From Felis catus (taxonomy: Eukaryota), in contig NC_058368.1 in the NCBI RefSeq assembly GCF_018350175.1, positions 54,004,001 through 54,068,000 of the forward strand: a stretch of 64,000 nucleotides of DNA, written 5' to 3'. The translations under genes and the position numbers were made by a program. Under the pieces are notes generated by a model. The model was not told the origin of the DNA, made no database searches, and saw nothing but the letters and a program-made list of their open reading frames with translations. Of this stretch, positions 37,093-50,720 are shown one piece after another. How positions within the stretch are numbered: position 1 is the first letter of the stretch; each line of letters begins with the position of its first letter.

Positions 37093-39739
37093 CTGTAGGA
37101 AAGAAAGAAAGAAATATGTCATTACCTAAAGTAACTCTAGTTTGAAAAAATATGATAACAGTTAATGCTTTATAGCTTTAAATTCCAGGAGTAATATATT
37201 TCAGAAATGACTTAACCTCCAGGATTAATATAATTCTGAAAGTAGTTAAAAGAAAACTATTTCTGGCAGTAGATAGTCTACAACAATATTATGCTTCATT
37301 TATGACTCATTTTCCACATGGAAAAAAAGTTTTAACAAATACATTTATAAGAAGCAAAATGTAATAAATAAACCAAAGAAATGAAAGTGCTTTATAAAGC
37401 TGTAAAAAATCAGATAAACAACAGGTATTAGAACATTGGCAATGTTATTATAAAAGCAAACCGTAAAATGGCATTTGGGGAAAAATGTGGACAGTGAGAA
37501 AATAAAAGCTACATAAAAGAACAAGGGAGGAAATTTAGACTCAGTCATGTCAAGAGCAATGTGTTTCTTAACCACTGAAAAAAAGCATTTCCATTAGAAG
37601 GACAGATTTAAGTGGTTTAACATTGGAAGACCATAATCTTCTGAAGGACGGAAATCTATGAAAAGATCTGTGAATAATAAAAGAATTGAAAATAGAATAA
37701 AGGGCAGAGGGAGGACAAGGAGGAGAAAAATGAGTAAAAAGATGCTTCTTAACAATATAATTTGAGTTTAAAACTCAGAACATCTGCTTTTATAAAAATC
37801 TGAGTGTATTAGCTTATAATAATTAGTATCTTCAATTGCAAGAAAGAAATAAAAGGACTATTAGGAAAAGAAAAAACCACACACCATCTTGAGGACAATA
37901 AAATTTTCTCTGATTCAAAAGGGGAGCTTCTTACAGACCAGTAGCAGCTGTATGTGTATCTTTCAAAGGGCATTCTTCTGAAAGAATTTAGATCAGACAG
38001 TCCATTTATTTTTGGTAATAAAAAATTATATCTGTAAAAAGATATTTGTTCTCTGTTTGATCTTCTTTTCTAATCTTACCATCATTTAAGAACTATGCAC
38101 AATAAAAAGAAAGATCTCTTCTGTTTTAAAAAGTTAACATTTTAATTTGATAGAGTCCTCGAGCCTATCAAAGAATTGTTAGAAATACTCCTTATCTGAA
38201 AAAGAAAAATCTAGATTCCAAATTTTCACTCAAGGCTATAAATTCTTCTTTTGGCAATAATTGCTATAAGTATTTCATTTCCATAAAGGTGATTTTAAAA
38301 CTGTATTTTCTGGGAATTATGTGACTTATTTTTATAAATTTCTGGGAATAAGATACATCACTATAAACTTCTTTAGGTTCTAGGGGCAAAATACCTAATA
38401 ATAATATTTACTTCCTGAGAATATTGTTTCTCCTCTTGATATAGCAAAATTCTATGACCCTCAGATTCTCTTTGGTTTTCTACCTCTGGTTATATTCATC
38501 TTTGATTTTATATGTATTAAAATTACTACTTTCTAACTTGTTTTTACAAATCACCATGTTTATAGTATGCCTGAATCCCCTTCCATATTTCATATAGTTT
38601 AGAAAAACAATAAGCTTTTGTAGGATTTGAATGTTTTGTGATCACATTATGTCTCACGTGCATCAGGTTACCATCACCTGGAAGAAAGAATCTAGTTTGA
38701 AGGAAATTGCAAGACAAGAGGGTCCAGACAGAGCAATCTAACCCATCAAGTGCAGATGCATAAGAGTTTTGTAGTTCTTCAGTGTCATCTTTCCAGCCCA
38801 GCCTACAGATTTCTAGCTATTCTACTTACCGCAATGGCTTAAATTGTCTACTTTACTGCCCAAATGATTGGCTACTTGCCAAACCACAACTTTGCTTTAG
38901 AAAGCACTCCTTAAGTGGAGAGTTAAGACAATTATTGAGATAATTCATCCCAAAAGAAATGCATTGAGAAAATCCTGCCTTTTTTTTTTCACTTTATCAA
39001 GATTGATATTGTCTACGTGGATGAAATTCATTGCACAGTTTTTGTATTTTGCCTCCTCTAAACTAGACTAGTCAGGTCTGTAAACTAGAAGAGACTTCAT
39101 TCTGCTATCTCATCTGACCAGCTCTGACTTTAACTGCCTCCTGACAAAGTTTTTCAGAGGCATATCTATGTTAACACACAAGAGAGCTGGCTTTTGTGTT
39201 ACCTACATAACTCATTATGAAGTAAATGATGGAATGGATTTTTGAAAGCTCGATTGACCATTGACAAAGACCAGTTATTTTATTTATGTTGCATAAGGAT
39301 CATGTACAGTTTTTTTGCAAGAGGATTTAACATTCCATCTAAACAATATTTGATAAGAAAATATATTCTGAATTTGTGTGTGTATTTGGAGTGATAAAAT
39401 TGATATTTCTCCTCCCAGCTCTATTTTCATCAATGAAAGGAAATCAATAATCTTTTAAACATGAAAATCATCTAAAAGTAATAGTGATTATATAAACTCA
39501 GAATTAGAATGACATAAATCAAATATAAGAATTACACAAAAGTCTCCCAGAGAATATATTAACCACTCATGGTCTCCATGTAAGTTGTTAGTCTTATAAA
39601 AAAATACATTGTATAAATTATTTTTTTTTAACTTTAGTTCATATAATAGAACTTACTCTATGCTTAAGTGTTAATATAAATCCTCACAATAAACAATGAG
39701 GTAAGAACTATTATTATCACCTGGCTCCTTCATCAAATA

Positions 39740-40135
39740 TTAGTGGTAGTCACTACAGGATGCCCACATATGGGTCATCTAATGCTCATCCTTCTCGACA
39801 CATGCTAAGTTAGGAACAAATGGATAACTTTTTTGGTCAAAGAAAGGTGTGCAAAAGTAGTCTCTGTCATTTCCATGAAAAAATTTTAAGTGTTCATGTA
39901 TGATTCTCAGCATTCCTTTCCACTACCTCAATAATTATGGAAATTCTTATCAGGATGGTATTTTCATTAACCTGAATCCCAGAATGATTATGACAAATAA
40001 AGGCCCCCTGAAGAACAGCTTAAACATATAGAATAATTAGAAAAAACTGTTGTTGTTTTTTTTTCTGTTGAGTTACTGGGATTTGGAGACTTGTTTGTTG
40101 TTGCCCCATAACCTAGTTTTTCCTAACTCATACAC
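39740..40135 (+). mobile_element. Old MaLR LTR (MLT1J/I-like)
   Basis: Ends ttgtttgttgttgccccataacctagtttttcctaactcataca. Confidence 0.55.
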
Positions 40136-41939
40136 TAATTATTTCTTGCAACTTACCATTGTTAGTCTGGAACACATAAAGCTATCTTGTTGTTGTTGTT
40201 GTTTGTTTGCTTTTTAAAAAGATTGGAAGAGGAATGATGAGCAAGGAAGGAAGAAAAAGAGGGAGTAATACCTTTATGCTACTACTACTCCTTCTCATCT
40301 TTTCCTTCGTTCATTTTCATCTTCCTATGATAAATCTTGAGCCCTAAAATGGAATTTTATCGACTCAGGGGCAGGAGTGGAGAGAGTTTGTTTCTAGATA
40401 TGGAAAAGAAACATGGAAGCTACCCATTTAGGACTCAATAGAAATATTCTTAATTGCTATGTTGGGAATATGATGGAAAAAAACCAGCTGACTCTAAAAT
40501 ATCAAATATCTTCTTCCTACTATAAAAAACTCTGAAGAATTAGCTTGCACCATGTGAAATTATCATTCATATGCATCAAAATGACTAATAAAATAACTTC
40601 AAGATAGTCACCTCTGACCCCTTCCTCATATAACATTGGAAAGAATGTGGGAGGAAAAGTAGAAAAATTATGCTTATCTCTTCAATTAGTACAACACTCA
40701 ATAGATTGGCAGATTGGAAGTGTGAAAGGAAAGGGAAAAACTAAGAAGGAACAAAAGTCGAAAATCATTGGAATTTCAGAAACAGGTACAAATTACACAA
40801 TTTCAGTGACAGCCAACAGGGTGGATCAGGATTGTGAACTAAAAGGTTAAAGGCAAGGTATAAAGCAAGAAAATTATAGTTATAGAGCAAAACTATTAAT
40901 AAAAGATTTTTAGTAGTAGAAAGGGAATTTTGACAGATCCGTCAACACTTTCTCATAACTTTCCAGCATTGATCTTCAACATGGGGGCCAGAGCATAGAA
41001 ATTAGTTGTAGATAGTTGCTAGTAATGGGGATAGAGGAACAGAACATAGTAAAAAGTCAAGGAGATGAGAGATGTTGGATGCCAATGAAGAGATTACTGA
41101 AATCACTACTGGAGGTCAGAGGATGTTTATATAACTTCGTGGATTAAAGTATTCTATTCCCCTGAATTACCCACCATCTTGGGATTCTACATGAGGGAGG
41201 CAACTAGATGTGAGGATGGGCTGTTTTGTTTTGTTTTTTTTTTAATCTCTGTTAGAGGAGCCAATCCAATGTTTTAATCTAATTTATTTTATTTTAATGT
41301 ATTCTTTCCCCCAGGCAAGAGTTTTGCTTAGGGGAGATGGTATAAAGCTAACTGATAAGATGAAATAGCTAAAAGTATTTAAATTTTCTATTTTTTAATT
41401 TTTTTTCCAATTTTGAAATACAAATGGAAGATGAAAGCAATTCATATTATGAGTTTTATAAGTTGAAAACAGGCTTCCTGTGAATCATGTGCAAAGTAGC
41501 TGTAAAAAAAAAACAATTCAATAGAAATGGAATTGCCAAGTCATAAGAGATTCACAAATTGCCCTCAATTAGGCTGCTGAATTGATCTGTGGTCTCCATA
41601 TCCACGGAGGAGGATGTTTACTGTCCTTGGCACAATAGAACAATCCTATCCAAATCACTACATCCAATCCTTGATGCATTCTTTTTGTTTTTGTTTTTGA
41701 TGCATTCTTTTAAGGAACGTTGACATTTTGTGCATCCAGAGGGCAATAATGGGAGGGTACAGATGAGCAAACTAGAGTTTTGCAGCTTCAACGACTCTTG
41801 AAATATTTCAACCTTCTGTCACTTGAGAGAAAGAGATTTGACTCAGTGCTGTAGCAAAGGATTCAGCATATTTCATTTGGCTTTAAAAATCATGTTAGGT
41901 TGCTATTGAAAAAAATAAATAAAGGGCATTCAGAAATTC

Positions 41940-42527
41940 TGGGGGAAATGGTGGAGTAGGAGGACCCTAAACTGAACCTGACCCAGGGATACAACTAGAT
42001 AACATCCACATTAGTGTAAATAATCCAGAAAATGGAAAGAAGACTGGCAGAACAGACTTTCCACAGCTAAATGGAGAGAAGAGGCCACATCAAAGAGAGT
42101 AGGAAGGGCAGAGACACGCTTGGGGACTAACAGGCCAGCAGCACTGTCTGTGGAAGGGAGGACACCGCACAGAATGGGGTGGGGAGAAAATAAGAGCCTC
42201 GCACCAGAAAACCCAATCAAAATAGGAGAGATAGAGTTTTTCAGACAAACCAAAGTTAAAGAAATTCATCACCACTAAACCAGCCCTGCAAGAAATGTTA
42301 AAGGTGACTGAGTGGAAAGGAAAGACCATATAGTAGGAGTAAGAAAGTAGGAAACACAAAAGCAGTAAAAATTAGTCAAGGGATTCACAATACATGAGTG
42401 TGGAGTATTATACCATATACCTAAATCATCGTTGGTGGGGGAAGAGGAGTGAAGAACGGATTGAAACTTAAGTGACCATTAACTTAATATAGACTGCTAT
42501 ATGCAAAACATGTTGTATAAAAAAAAA
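41940..42527 (+). mobile_element. Carnivore L1 5'UTR joined to ORF1 end/inter-ORF region
   Basis: aaatggtggagtaggaggaccctaa (L1 5' start), then ttttcagacaaaccaaagttaaagaaattcatcaccactaaaccagccc (ORF1 C-terminus). Confidence 0.75.
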
Positions 42528-42725
42528 GGGGCACCTGGGTGGTTCAGTCGGTTAAGCATCTGACTTTGGCTCAGGTCATGATCTCATGGTTGTAGGATCG
42601 AGCCCTGCATCAGGCTTTGTGCTGAGCATGAACCCTGCTTGGGATTCTCTTTCTCCCTCTCTCTGCCCCTCCTCCTCCTCAAAAATAAATAAGTAAACAT
42701 TTGAAACAATAAAAATAAAAAAATT
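42528..42725 (+). mobile_element. Can-SINE
   Basis: Head, CT tract, A tail. Confidence 0.93.
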
Positions 42726-42759
42726 AAAATGCAAACAAGTAAAGTAGTATCTAATGAAG

Positions 42760-43660
42760 TCAGTCTCTCTCCTTTATCTGAGCCTAGTTAGATTTCTGCT
42801 CTGATAATTTGTAATTCTCTGTAAATGCCTGTCTCTTCAATTTTGGGGAAATGGTCTGTCCTGGGACCTTACTTCTCTGAAGGATCTAAGAAGAGTTGAT
42901 TTTTCAGTTTGTCCAGTTTTCACTTGCTAAGATGGAGTGGTGACATCCAAGCCCCTTGCATGAAAAACTGGGATCTGGGAGTCCCTGTGCTTTATTTTCT
43001 ATAGTTCCAATGGTATGTTTTAAGACCAATGAAATTTCTTCATCATATAATTTGCAGTGAAATTTTCATGTAAGATATGAGTGTTTTAAAAGTTTATTTA
43101 TTTTGAGAGAGAGAGAGGCTGCATGAGTGGGGGAGGGGCAGAGAGAAAGGGAGAGAATCCCAAGCAGGCTCCATGCTGTCAGTGTGGATCCCCAGGCAGG
43201 GCTGGATCCCACGAATTATGAGATCATGACCTGAGCTGAAATCAAGAGTCAGATGCTTAACCAACTGAGCCAACCCAGGAACCCCAAGATATAACATTTT
43301 TGACTAAATTTCCGTTTGCTCCTCATTAGATCTTCCATCATTGTCTTCATTATACTTGTGCTTTCCTCTATAATCCTTGAGTCATTTTAATATTGTTTGA
43401 CAAGTCTACTATCTCTGCCATTTGGGGTCTCTTTCTGTTGGACCCCTTTTTTTTCCTGGCTGTGGGTCACATTTGTCTACCTCTTTTCATGCATAGTAAT
43501 TTTTGTGGTTGATGGTCAATTCTGGACATTGTAAATTTTACACTGTAGCTTTTTAATTTCCTCTAAAGACAATTATACTCTGTTCTAGTAGACAGTTAAG
43601 TTACTTAGAATCAGTTTGCTCCCCTCCAGGTACATTGTGATGCATTGTAAAGATACCTCT
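42760..43660 (-). mobile_element. Old L1M fragments (5'/ORF1 region), interrupted by a SINE
   Basis: T-rich antisense L1M-like text; recognised by eye. Confidence 0.5.
43086..43285 (-). mobile_element. Can-SINE
   Basis: Reverse copy; aagatat on both flanks. Confidence 0.93.
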
Positions 43661-43662
43661 TG

Positions 43663-43760
43663 AAATGCCTGGCTGGCTCAGTGGGTAGAGCATGTGACTC
43701 TTGGTCTCCAGGAGGTAGCTTCAGCCCCACTTTGGGCCTGGGACCTACTTAAAAAATAAT
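43663..43760 (+). mobile_element. Short old Can-SINE
   Basis: gcctggctggctcagtgggtagagcatgtgactcttg. Confidence 0.8.
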
Positions 43761-45638
43761 GTCTTTTTCAATGCCTCCCCCTTCTCTCTGGTAACCTTCC
43801 TCCTTTTTCAGCACAACTTTCATTACTCCGCAGGCTCTGGTGTTTTCACATCAAATCATCCCTAAGAAAGAGAGCCTGGAAAACAAATTCATTCTAAGAA
43901 AGAAGTGACCCTATCTCACCAGAATGGTCACCCAAGGGAATAACCTCAAAATGATCAAGTTTTGACACTGGGTTAACTGGGTAAATAGGTTTTTGAGAGT
44001 TTGATGTTCTCCAAGCTCCCTTATAAATCATAGCACATGGGAATATCTAAGCCTAACCTACATTTGAGGAATTACTAGTCTCTTTTAATCACTATAAGGC
44101 TGTCAGCTTCTATGAGCTCCCCTCACTGTTCTGATAGTCTGGATATCCTTAAGGAACAGGTGAAACAGATTCTGCACCCAAGGGTGGGGAATCTTTTCCT
44201 AAAGAACTGGCTTTGACTTCTACTTGGGAAAATTACATGGGTGGTGCCAAATACTGAATTGCTAATATGAAGAAGAGTGCACATAGCCAAGAGAGAGAGC
44301 CTGACATCATTACCCAACTTCTAAAAGTGGCAAATCAAAGGGGGGGGGGGCACCAAATCAGGTGATATCTCAGTATGCCCATCTGAGCTCTGCTCTAGAC
44401 CCCACGATTCTAGACTAACAAGTTATCCATGGATTTCCCATGAAATTTGGCCCATAAAAAGGAAAAATCCATTCAAATCAAATGAGAATATTTCCTTGAC
44501 TCTGTTCCTTAGAGGACATATCCAGCCTTGGGTGACGTGACCGCCTTTGCTCTTCAAAAGCTACTGCCTTTCTCCACAGTTTAATGTTAAAAGTTATTAC
44601 TTATTAAAGATTATGGCATGGTGTCCTCAGAAACTATCAGAAAGTCCCCAAATAACCCAGGTAATTTAAACTCCTCATGACTTCTGAATAACTGTAATCA
44701 TTACAGTTACTTAGGATTCGTATCAAAAAAAAATTAAATTTAAAGCTCATGTTAATGAAGGCACCATTTCCCCAACAAAATTTAACTATAACTACTCTTC
44801 AAATTGTATTTGATTTAAAAATTTTCATTTCCCTTAAAATTCATATGTAAAAGAAGAATAATCATATGAATTTTTGGTCTTTTAATAAATGCATTTTAAA
44901 ACTGTACTTAGAAACTGAGAATTATGCACAGAATTATGCTGCCAAGTATAGATTTCTACTAACTGCCTCCTTATGGCAATCCCAAGGCTATTGGTTTTTG
45001 GGGAAACTTGTCAGACTTTGAAGGTAGCTGTCAATAATTTAGAAACAGATATATCACTGACAAAATGTATTATTTTTATTCAGTAACTCTTGGCTTTTTT
45101 TAAGTTCTCTTTCTCATCTTGGTTGTCTAATCGGTGGCATTTCTTTCCTCCAGAGAATCCAAATATTGTATTTTAGGATAATGCAATGTTTTTCTAAGCC
45201 GTTCTTCGCATATTTCACTATTATACTAACCTTGTGAAAGAAACAAGGTAGGGTTGTTATCCTTATTCTATTAATTAAAAAAGAAAACAAAACTGAAGCA
45301 CAGAGATGACAAATGGCTTGTCTAAAGACATGAAGTTGGCAGTACATTAAAAACTATTATTAAAAAATGATGACTAATCTCAAAATATTTTAGTGATGCA
45401 AAATGTTTACTTCTTCCCATTTTCAGAATCATACATAGCAAGAGCCCATTATATAGCTATCTTTACCTCACTTCCAAAACATGTACACTCTCATCCATCC
45501 TCTCTTTTCACGTTGCTGTTAGAAAATGGGTACCTGAGAGTGAGCCATGAAACTATGTCACCAAATAATCAAAAATAAGTGAAAACCATAAAGAGCCAGT
45601 TTCTATCCATCCCTGCCCCCTTCCCCAGTGCCCACCGG

Positions 45639-45671
<33 letters not shown>

Positions 45672-46375
45672 CACGACAGGCTTGTAAGCATCCAGCTATG
45701 GCCACAGAGCTGTTTGATTGCTTAAGCCGGGTGGTCAGACAATAGGACCAGAAAGAATGGCTGCTTCCTTCCTTCCTGTTGAGTGTTCTGCCTGAGTGAG
45801 CAAATTCAATAGCACTTTGCTTCACAGCAACACTAGGCTCTAGCACGAGGGAGAATCAACAAAGAGCCATTCTAGGGCATTTCCAACCCCACCTAAGCCA
45901 AGCCTCTGAGCTATAGAACCATGGGGGAGGGGCTGGCCAGGTTTGGCACTCCTGGGAGTGTGTGCATGAAAGCCCATAGACACGCAGGTTATTGTTTATA
46001 TTAAGACCGCTGGTTACACAGCTTCAGGAATCTGTAATTGCCCAGTTGAGTTGTTATCATTTTGCACTTTCTAATATACAATTCTCTGAAGTGTTTCAAA
46101 ATGTTCCTCACTGTGGCAACAAAGACAAAATCGGTATGGACAAGTGTGATGACAGTAATTCTAGAATCACCTGGCAGCCTCCTGCAGCAAACCATCTTTC
46201 TCTTCCTCCACTGACTTTTATATCTATATGTATAATAATTTAGCCAATTTGGCAGTTAAGAATGGGAACCAGAGAAAGTGTAAAAGTCATTAAATATTTA
46301 ATACTGTGTAGTTTTAACTAAACCTAAATTTCTAAGTTAATACTGAAATAATTTTGTATTATCTGTAGAAGCATG

Positions 46376-46419
<44 letters not shown>

Positions 46420-46432
46420 TATATACATATAT

Positions 46433-46486
<54 letters not shown>
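46376..46486. repeat. Compound (TA)n(CA)n...(CA)n(TA)n microsatellite
   Basis: Direct reading. Confidence 0.95.
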
Positions 46487-46725
46487 GCATGCTGAGTGTA
46501 TAACTTCAAATATCCTCAAAATTACCTATGTTGTAATTATACACAGGAGAACTAATATTGAGGATGATTCTTTCATATTGGTTCAATTTTTTCCTCTTAC
46601 CATTTATGTGTATATACCTATGCTGTTGACATTTCAAGAAAATATACCTCTAAATTGCCCATCAAAAATTAAATATCATCTTACAGAATAATGCATTATT
46701 TGTTACTCCCCCTCCCCCTGCTCTA

Positions 46726-47302
46726 TGTCAGTAGGCTGAATTTCTAGAGACAGTCCTCAAAATTCCACACCCTAGTCACTGGAGCCTATGAATGTGATAA
46801 GATATTACTCCCACGATTGTGTTATGTTATATGGCGCAACTGGTCTAAAAACAGATTATCCAGGTGGGCCTGATCTAACCATACAAGCCCTTTTTAACCA
46901 AAGGACTTTCTCTAGATCCCACATAAGAGAGATTCAGAGTGTGCAAAGGACTTGACCCACCAAGGTTGGTTTGAAGATGGAAGGAGCTACATGAGAAGGG
47001 GTGTAGGTGGTCTGGAGGAGCTCCGTGTGACTTCCAGACAACAGCCAGCAAGGAAACAGGAGCCTCGGTGCTATCTATATGTGCTAGGAACTAGATTTTG
47101 CCAACAATCTGAACAAACGTAGAAGGGAATTCTCCCCCAGAGTCTCCAAATAAGGGCCCAGCCCAGGAGATAACTGATTCCAGTCTGTGATACCCTGAAC
47201 AAAGAATCAAGCCAAGCCCATCCAAATCTGTATCTACAGCACAGTGAGATAATAAATGGATTTTATTTTAGGCCAGGTTCGTGGTAATTTGTCAAGGCAG
47301 GA
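46726..47302 (+). mobile_element. MaLR solo LTR (MLT1E/D-like)
   Basis: tgtcagtaggctgaat...acagccagcaaggaaacagg...gtgagataataaatgg...tggtaatttgt. Confidence 0.8.
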
Positions 47303-47828
47303 AAAAAAAAAAAAAAGGACCAAAGACAAATTTCCTTCTCTTCACTACATTGAATTTTCTTAATTGCAAGTGCAAAGTTATGAATATGAATATGTATTTT
47401 GTCATCTATTGTTATTGATATGGACACAGTTTCTGCCACTGTGACATCCATGATGTTTCAATATTTCTGACAGTGAAAGTATATGTGTATTTATACACAG
47501 ACATTTCCGTAACTGGAACTTGGTGGCATCCAACATTGTTATTATAGAGACGTTTAGAGTACATGAAGCTATAATATGGTTAAACTAAATTATATTATTC
47601 ATCTGATGGATTTGAACTGAAACATATCTTGGATTCACAATTGAAGATGAAAGATGAGATTCTTTATTATAAAGTTAAAAGATAAGATTCTGTATTAAGT
47701 GACTAAAGAATGTATAATGCTTAATCCTTTAATATGAAAAATTGAACTCGCCATGCATTCTCATTTGTAGTCATTTACACACGACTGCATTATAGCCTTT
47801 ATTTTATTCCATAAAAATGAGTAAGGAA

Positions 47829-48024
47829 GGGGTGCAGTTGGTTAAGCCTCGGAGATCAGCTCAGGTCATGATCTCATGGTCTGTGAGTTCGAGCCCCACC
47901 TTGGGCTCGGCTGACAGCTCAGAGCCTGGAGCATGCTTCAGATTCTGTGTCTCCTCTCTCTGCCCCTCTCCCACTCATACTCTGTCTCTCTCCAAAAATA
48001 AATAAACATTGAAAACAATTTTTT
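47829..48024 (+). mobile_element. Can-SINE
   Basis: TSD aaaaatgagtaaggaa / aaaaatgagtacggaa. Confidence 0.93.
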
Positions 48025-48116
48025 AAAAATGAGTACGGAAAATAACCTCTAATGAAGAAAAATAATTCCTACAAACTAGAAATTATGTGAAGGCCTTTTA
48101 CATTGAAACTTTATTT

Positions 48117-48184
48117 TCTTATCTTTTTTCAAGTTTATTTATTTATTTTAAGGGAGAGAGAGTGGCTAGTGCAAGTGGGGGAAG

Positions 48185-48229
<45 letters not shown>

Positions 48230-48351
48230 TCCCAAGCAGTCTCTGCACTGTCTGTGCAGAGCCCGATACTCGAACTCAGGAACCATGAGATCATGACCTG
48301 AGCCGGGATCAAGAGTTGGATGCTTAACCAACTGAATCACCCAGGCGCCCC
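48117..48351 (-). mobile_element. Can-SINE
   Basis: Reverse copy with (GA)n. Confidence 0.93.
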
Positions 48352-48398
48352 TTTAATTGAAATTTTAAAACAACCCTTTTAAGAAGTTACTACTCTGA

Positions 48399-48625
48399 GG
48401 GGCGCCTGGGTGGCGCAGTCGGTTAAGCGTCCGACTTCAGCCAGGTCATGATCTCGCGGTCCGTGAGTTCAAGCCCCGCGTCGGGCTCTGGGCTGATGGC
48501 TCAGAGCCTGGAGCCTGTTTCAGATTCTGTGTCTCCCTCTCTCTCTGCCCCTCCCCCGTTCATGCTCTGTCTCTCTCTGTCCCAAAAAATAAAATAAAAA
48601 ACGTTGAAAAAAAAATTAAAAAAAA
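48399..48625 (+). mobile_element. Very young Can-SINE (SINEC_Fc)
   Basis: Perfect 18-bp TSD aagaagttactactctga 48381-48398 / 48626-48643; CpG-rich. Confidence 0.98.
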
Positions 48626-48774
48626 AAGAAGTTACTACTCTGATACCCCTTTCACAGAGGAAGCAACAGCAGCTCAGAGAGGTTACAGGATTTAACCAAG
48701 CTCACAGACCGAAGCTGGAATAAGAAACAAGATGACACCAGAGTCCTGGGTCTTATTTTTAATAATGAAAAATA

Positions 48775-50102
48775 TGATTTTGTTTTGAATTTCGAACATA
48801 TTTAAGAGTTGCAGGTACAGAACAAAGAACTTTTTTTCCCTGAGCCATTTGAGAATTAGTATCTGATCTGATATCCCATTACCACCAAATGCTAAGTGTA
48901 TATATCCTACAAATAGGACATTTTCTCACATAAGCACAATACAGTGATCAACATTAAGAAGTTAACCTTGGTACATTAGCACCATCTAACCCTTAGACCC
49001 CATTTAATATTTGCCAATTGACCCAATAATCTCCTTTATGAATATGGATCCAGTCAGAATTACACATTTCACTTACGTGTCATGTTTCTTTAATCTCCTT
49101 CATTCTGGAAGAGGTCCTCAGTCTTTGCTTAATTTTCAAGACTTTTGAAAATTCTAGGCCACTTGTTTTGCAGAATATCTTTCAATTTCTGTTTTGCTGT
49201 TGTTTCCTCTTCATTACATCCAAAGGGATATCACAAGGTAATTCCGAGTTCTCATTATACCTTATCTAGTGGCCTACAATGATGTTGTTCACTTTAATCT
49301 CTCTCTTTTTAAAAAATGTTTATTTATTTATTTTTGAGAGAGAAAGGGAGCATGAGCGGGGAGGGGCAAGTACAGACGGGGAACAGAGGATCTGAAGCAG
49401 GCTCTGTTCTGACAGCTGCGAACTGGACGTGGGGCTTGAACTCAAAAACCCTGAGATCATGACCTGAGCCAAAGTTCGACACTCAACCAACTGAGCCACC
49501 CAGATGCTCCCACCTTAATCTCTTGATCAAGGTGATATTTGACAGATTTTCATACTATAAAGCTTTTTTTGTTCCTTTACAATTAAAGTATTTTGTGAGG
49601 GAGGTTATTTGAAGGTATAAAATATCCTATTCCTAAGTAAAGTTTCAGTTTATTCATTTAGTATATCAGTATCATCTCATAGATTTTTACTTTATTCAGT
49701 GACTAATAATCCATTACTATCATTATTATATTTATCTTTATCTTGGCCAATGGGAGGTCATATAGGGTGGCTTCTATATTCATTCATTTGACACATTAAC
49801 TTTTTATTTAAATCACTTCCTTACTTTCTGATACAATTGCTTTCTAAAAAAAGGTCCCAGAATCAGCTATTTCTTCAAGGTTCTTTGGTTCCTTTGTGTA
49901 GAGAATGATATGTAGAAGCCCAGATTTGGGTGCTAGACGTATTCATTGCTATTGGGGTATTATCCTGAGATCCTTTCACAGAACTAGGGAATGTATGTAT
50001 GTATATACATACACATTAACATCTATTTTTATTTCTGTATAAAATATATTTAATATATGTTAAGAAGATATATATATATAAAGATATATATATATATATA
50101 TA

Positions 50103-50133
<31 letters not shown>

Positions 50134-50720
50134 TATTTAATGTATATCTTTGTGCATTGAAATCCACGAGTCCACACCAATACTTCCTATTCCAATGCAA
50201 CATCACAGGGTTAACTGTCATTTCCCCCTTTCCTCATTTATAACTTTCTTGTCAGAAAATAGGAACCTATCTCACTTTATCTATATATTCTACATTTGAT
50301 CAATCACACAGTATGGAACAAAAATCATATCACCACAATTACCCCTCATTTTTATCAGGGCATAATGACCCTCTCTGAGACACCCCAACATGTAGAAACC
50401 CTCCTCATCTGCTTCAGCTCTAGAACTCCATTGGGTCTTTTCTCCAAATGGAAACTTTCATCACTTTGCTTGGACTCTACACCCAGCTGACACCCCCCTC
50501 CCACTCCCAACCACCATCACCATGTACTTGCTATTATCACCCTACTTGGGCTAAACATGCTGGCCAGCCCAACTTGAATACCCTTCCTAGGCAGTGACAC
50601 TGATACCAGGACACCGCACAGGTGAACACCTTTCTCACCTTGCTTGGTGTCCCACATCCTCATCAGGCCTTTCTCCTTTGGGAAACCTTCTTCACACTAG
50701 ACCCTGGTTCTTATGCACTC
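48775..50720 (-). mobile_element. Old L1M 3'UTR (L1MC4-like), containing a SINE and microsatellites
   Basis: aagagttgcagg...aaagaacttttttccctgagccatttgaga...; C-rich degenerate tandem block at 50360-50720. Confidence 0.65.
49305..49511 (-). mobile_element. Can-SINE nested in L1M
   Basis: TSD cacYttaatctct. Confidence 0.93.

Noticed and set aside
38075..38135. Possible 41-nt minus-strand exon
   Set aside because: Weak acceptor and stops in all frames; such sites are frequent by chance.
45643..45671. Isolated poly(A) runs (also 34735-34754, 60327-60355) as retrocopy tails
   Set aside because: No upstream ORF, polyadenylation signal or TSD evident.
50360..50720. Degenerate repeat-spacer-like array (aaaccctcctcatctgctt / acctttctcaccttgcttgg ...)
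   Set aside because: Irregular and highly diverged; best explained as the tandem-repeat part of the surrounding old L1M 3'UTR.
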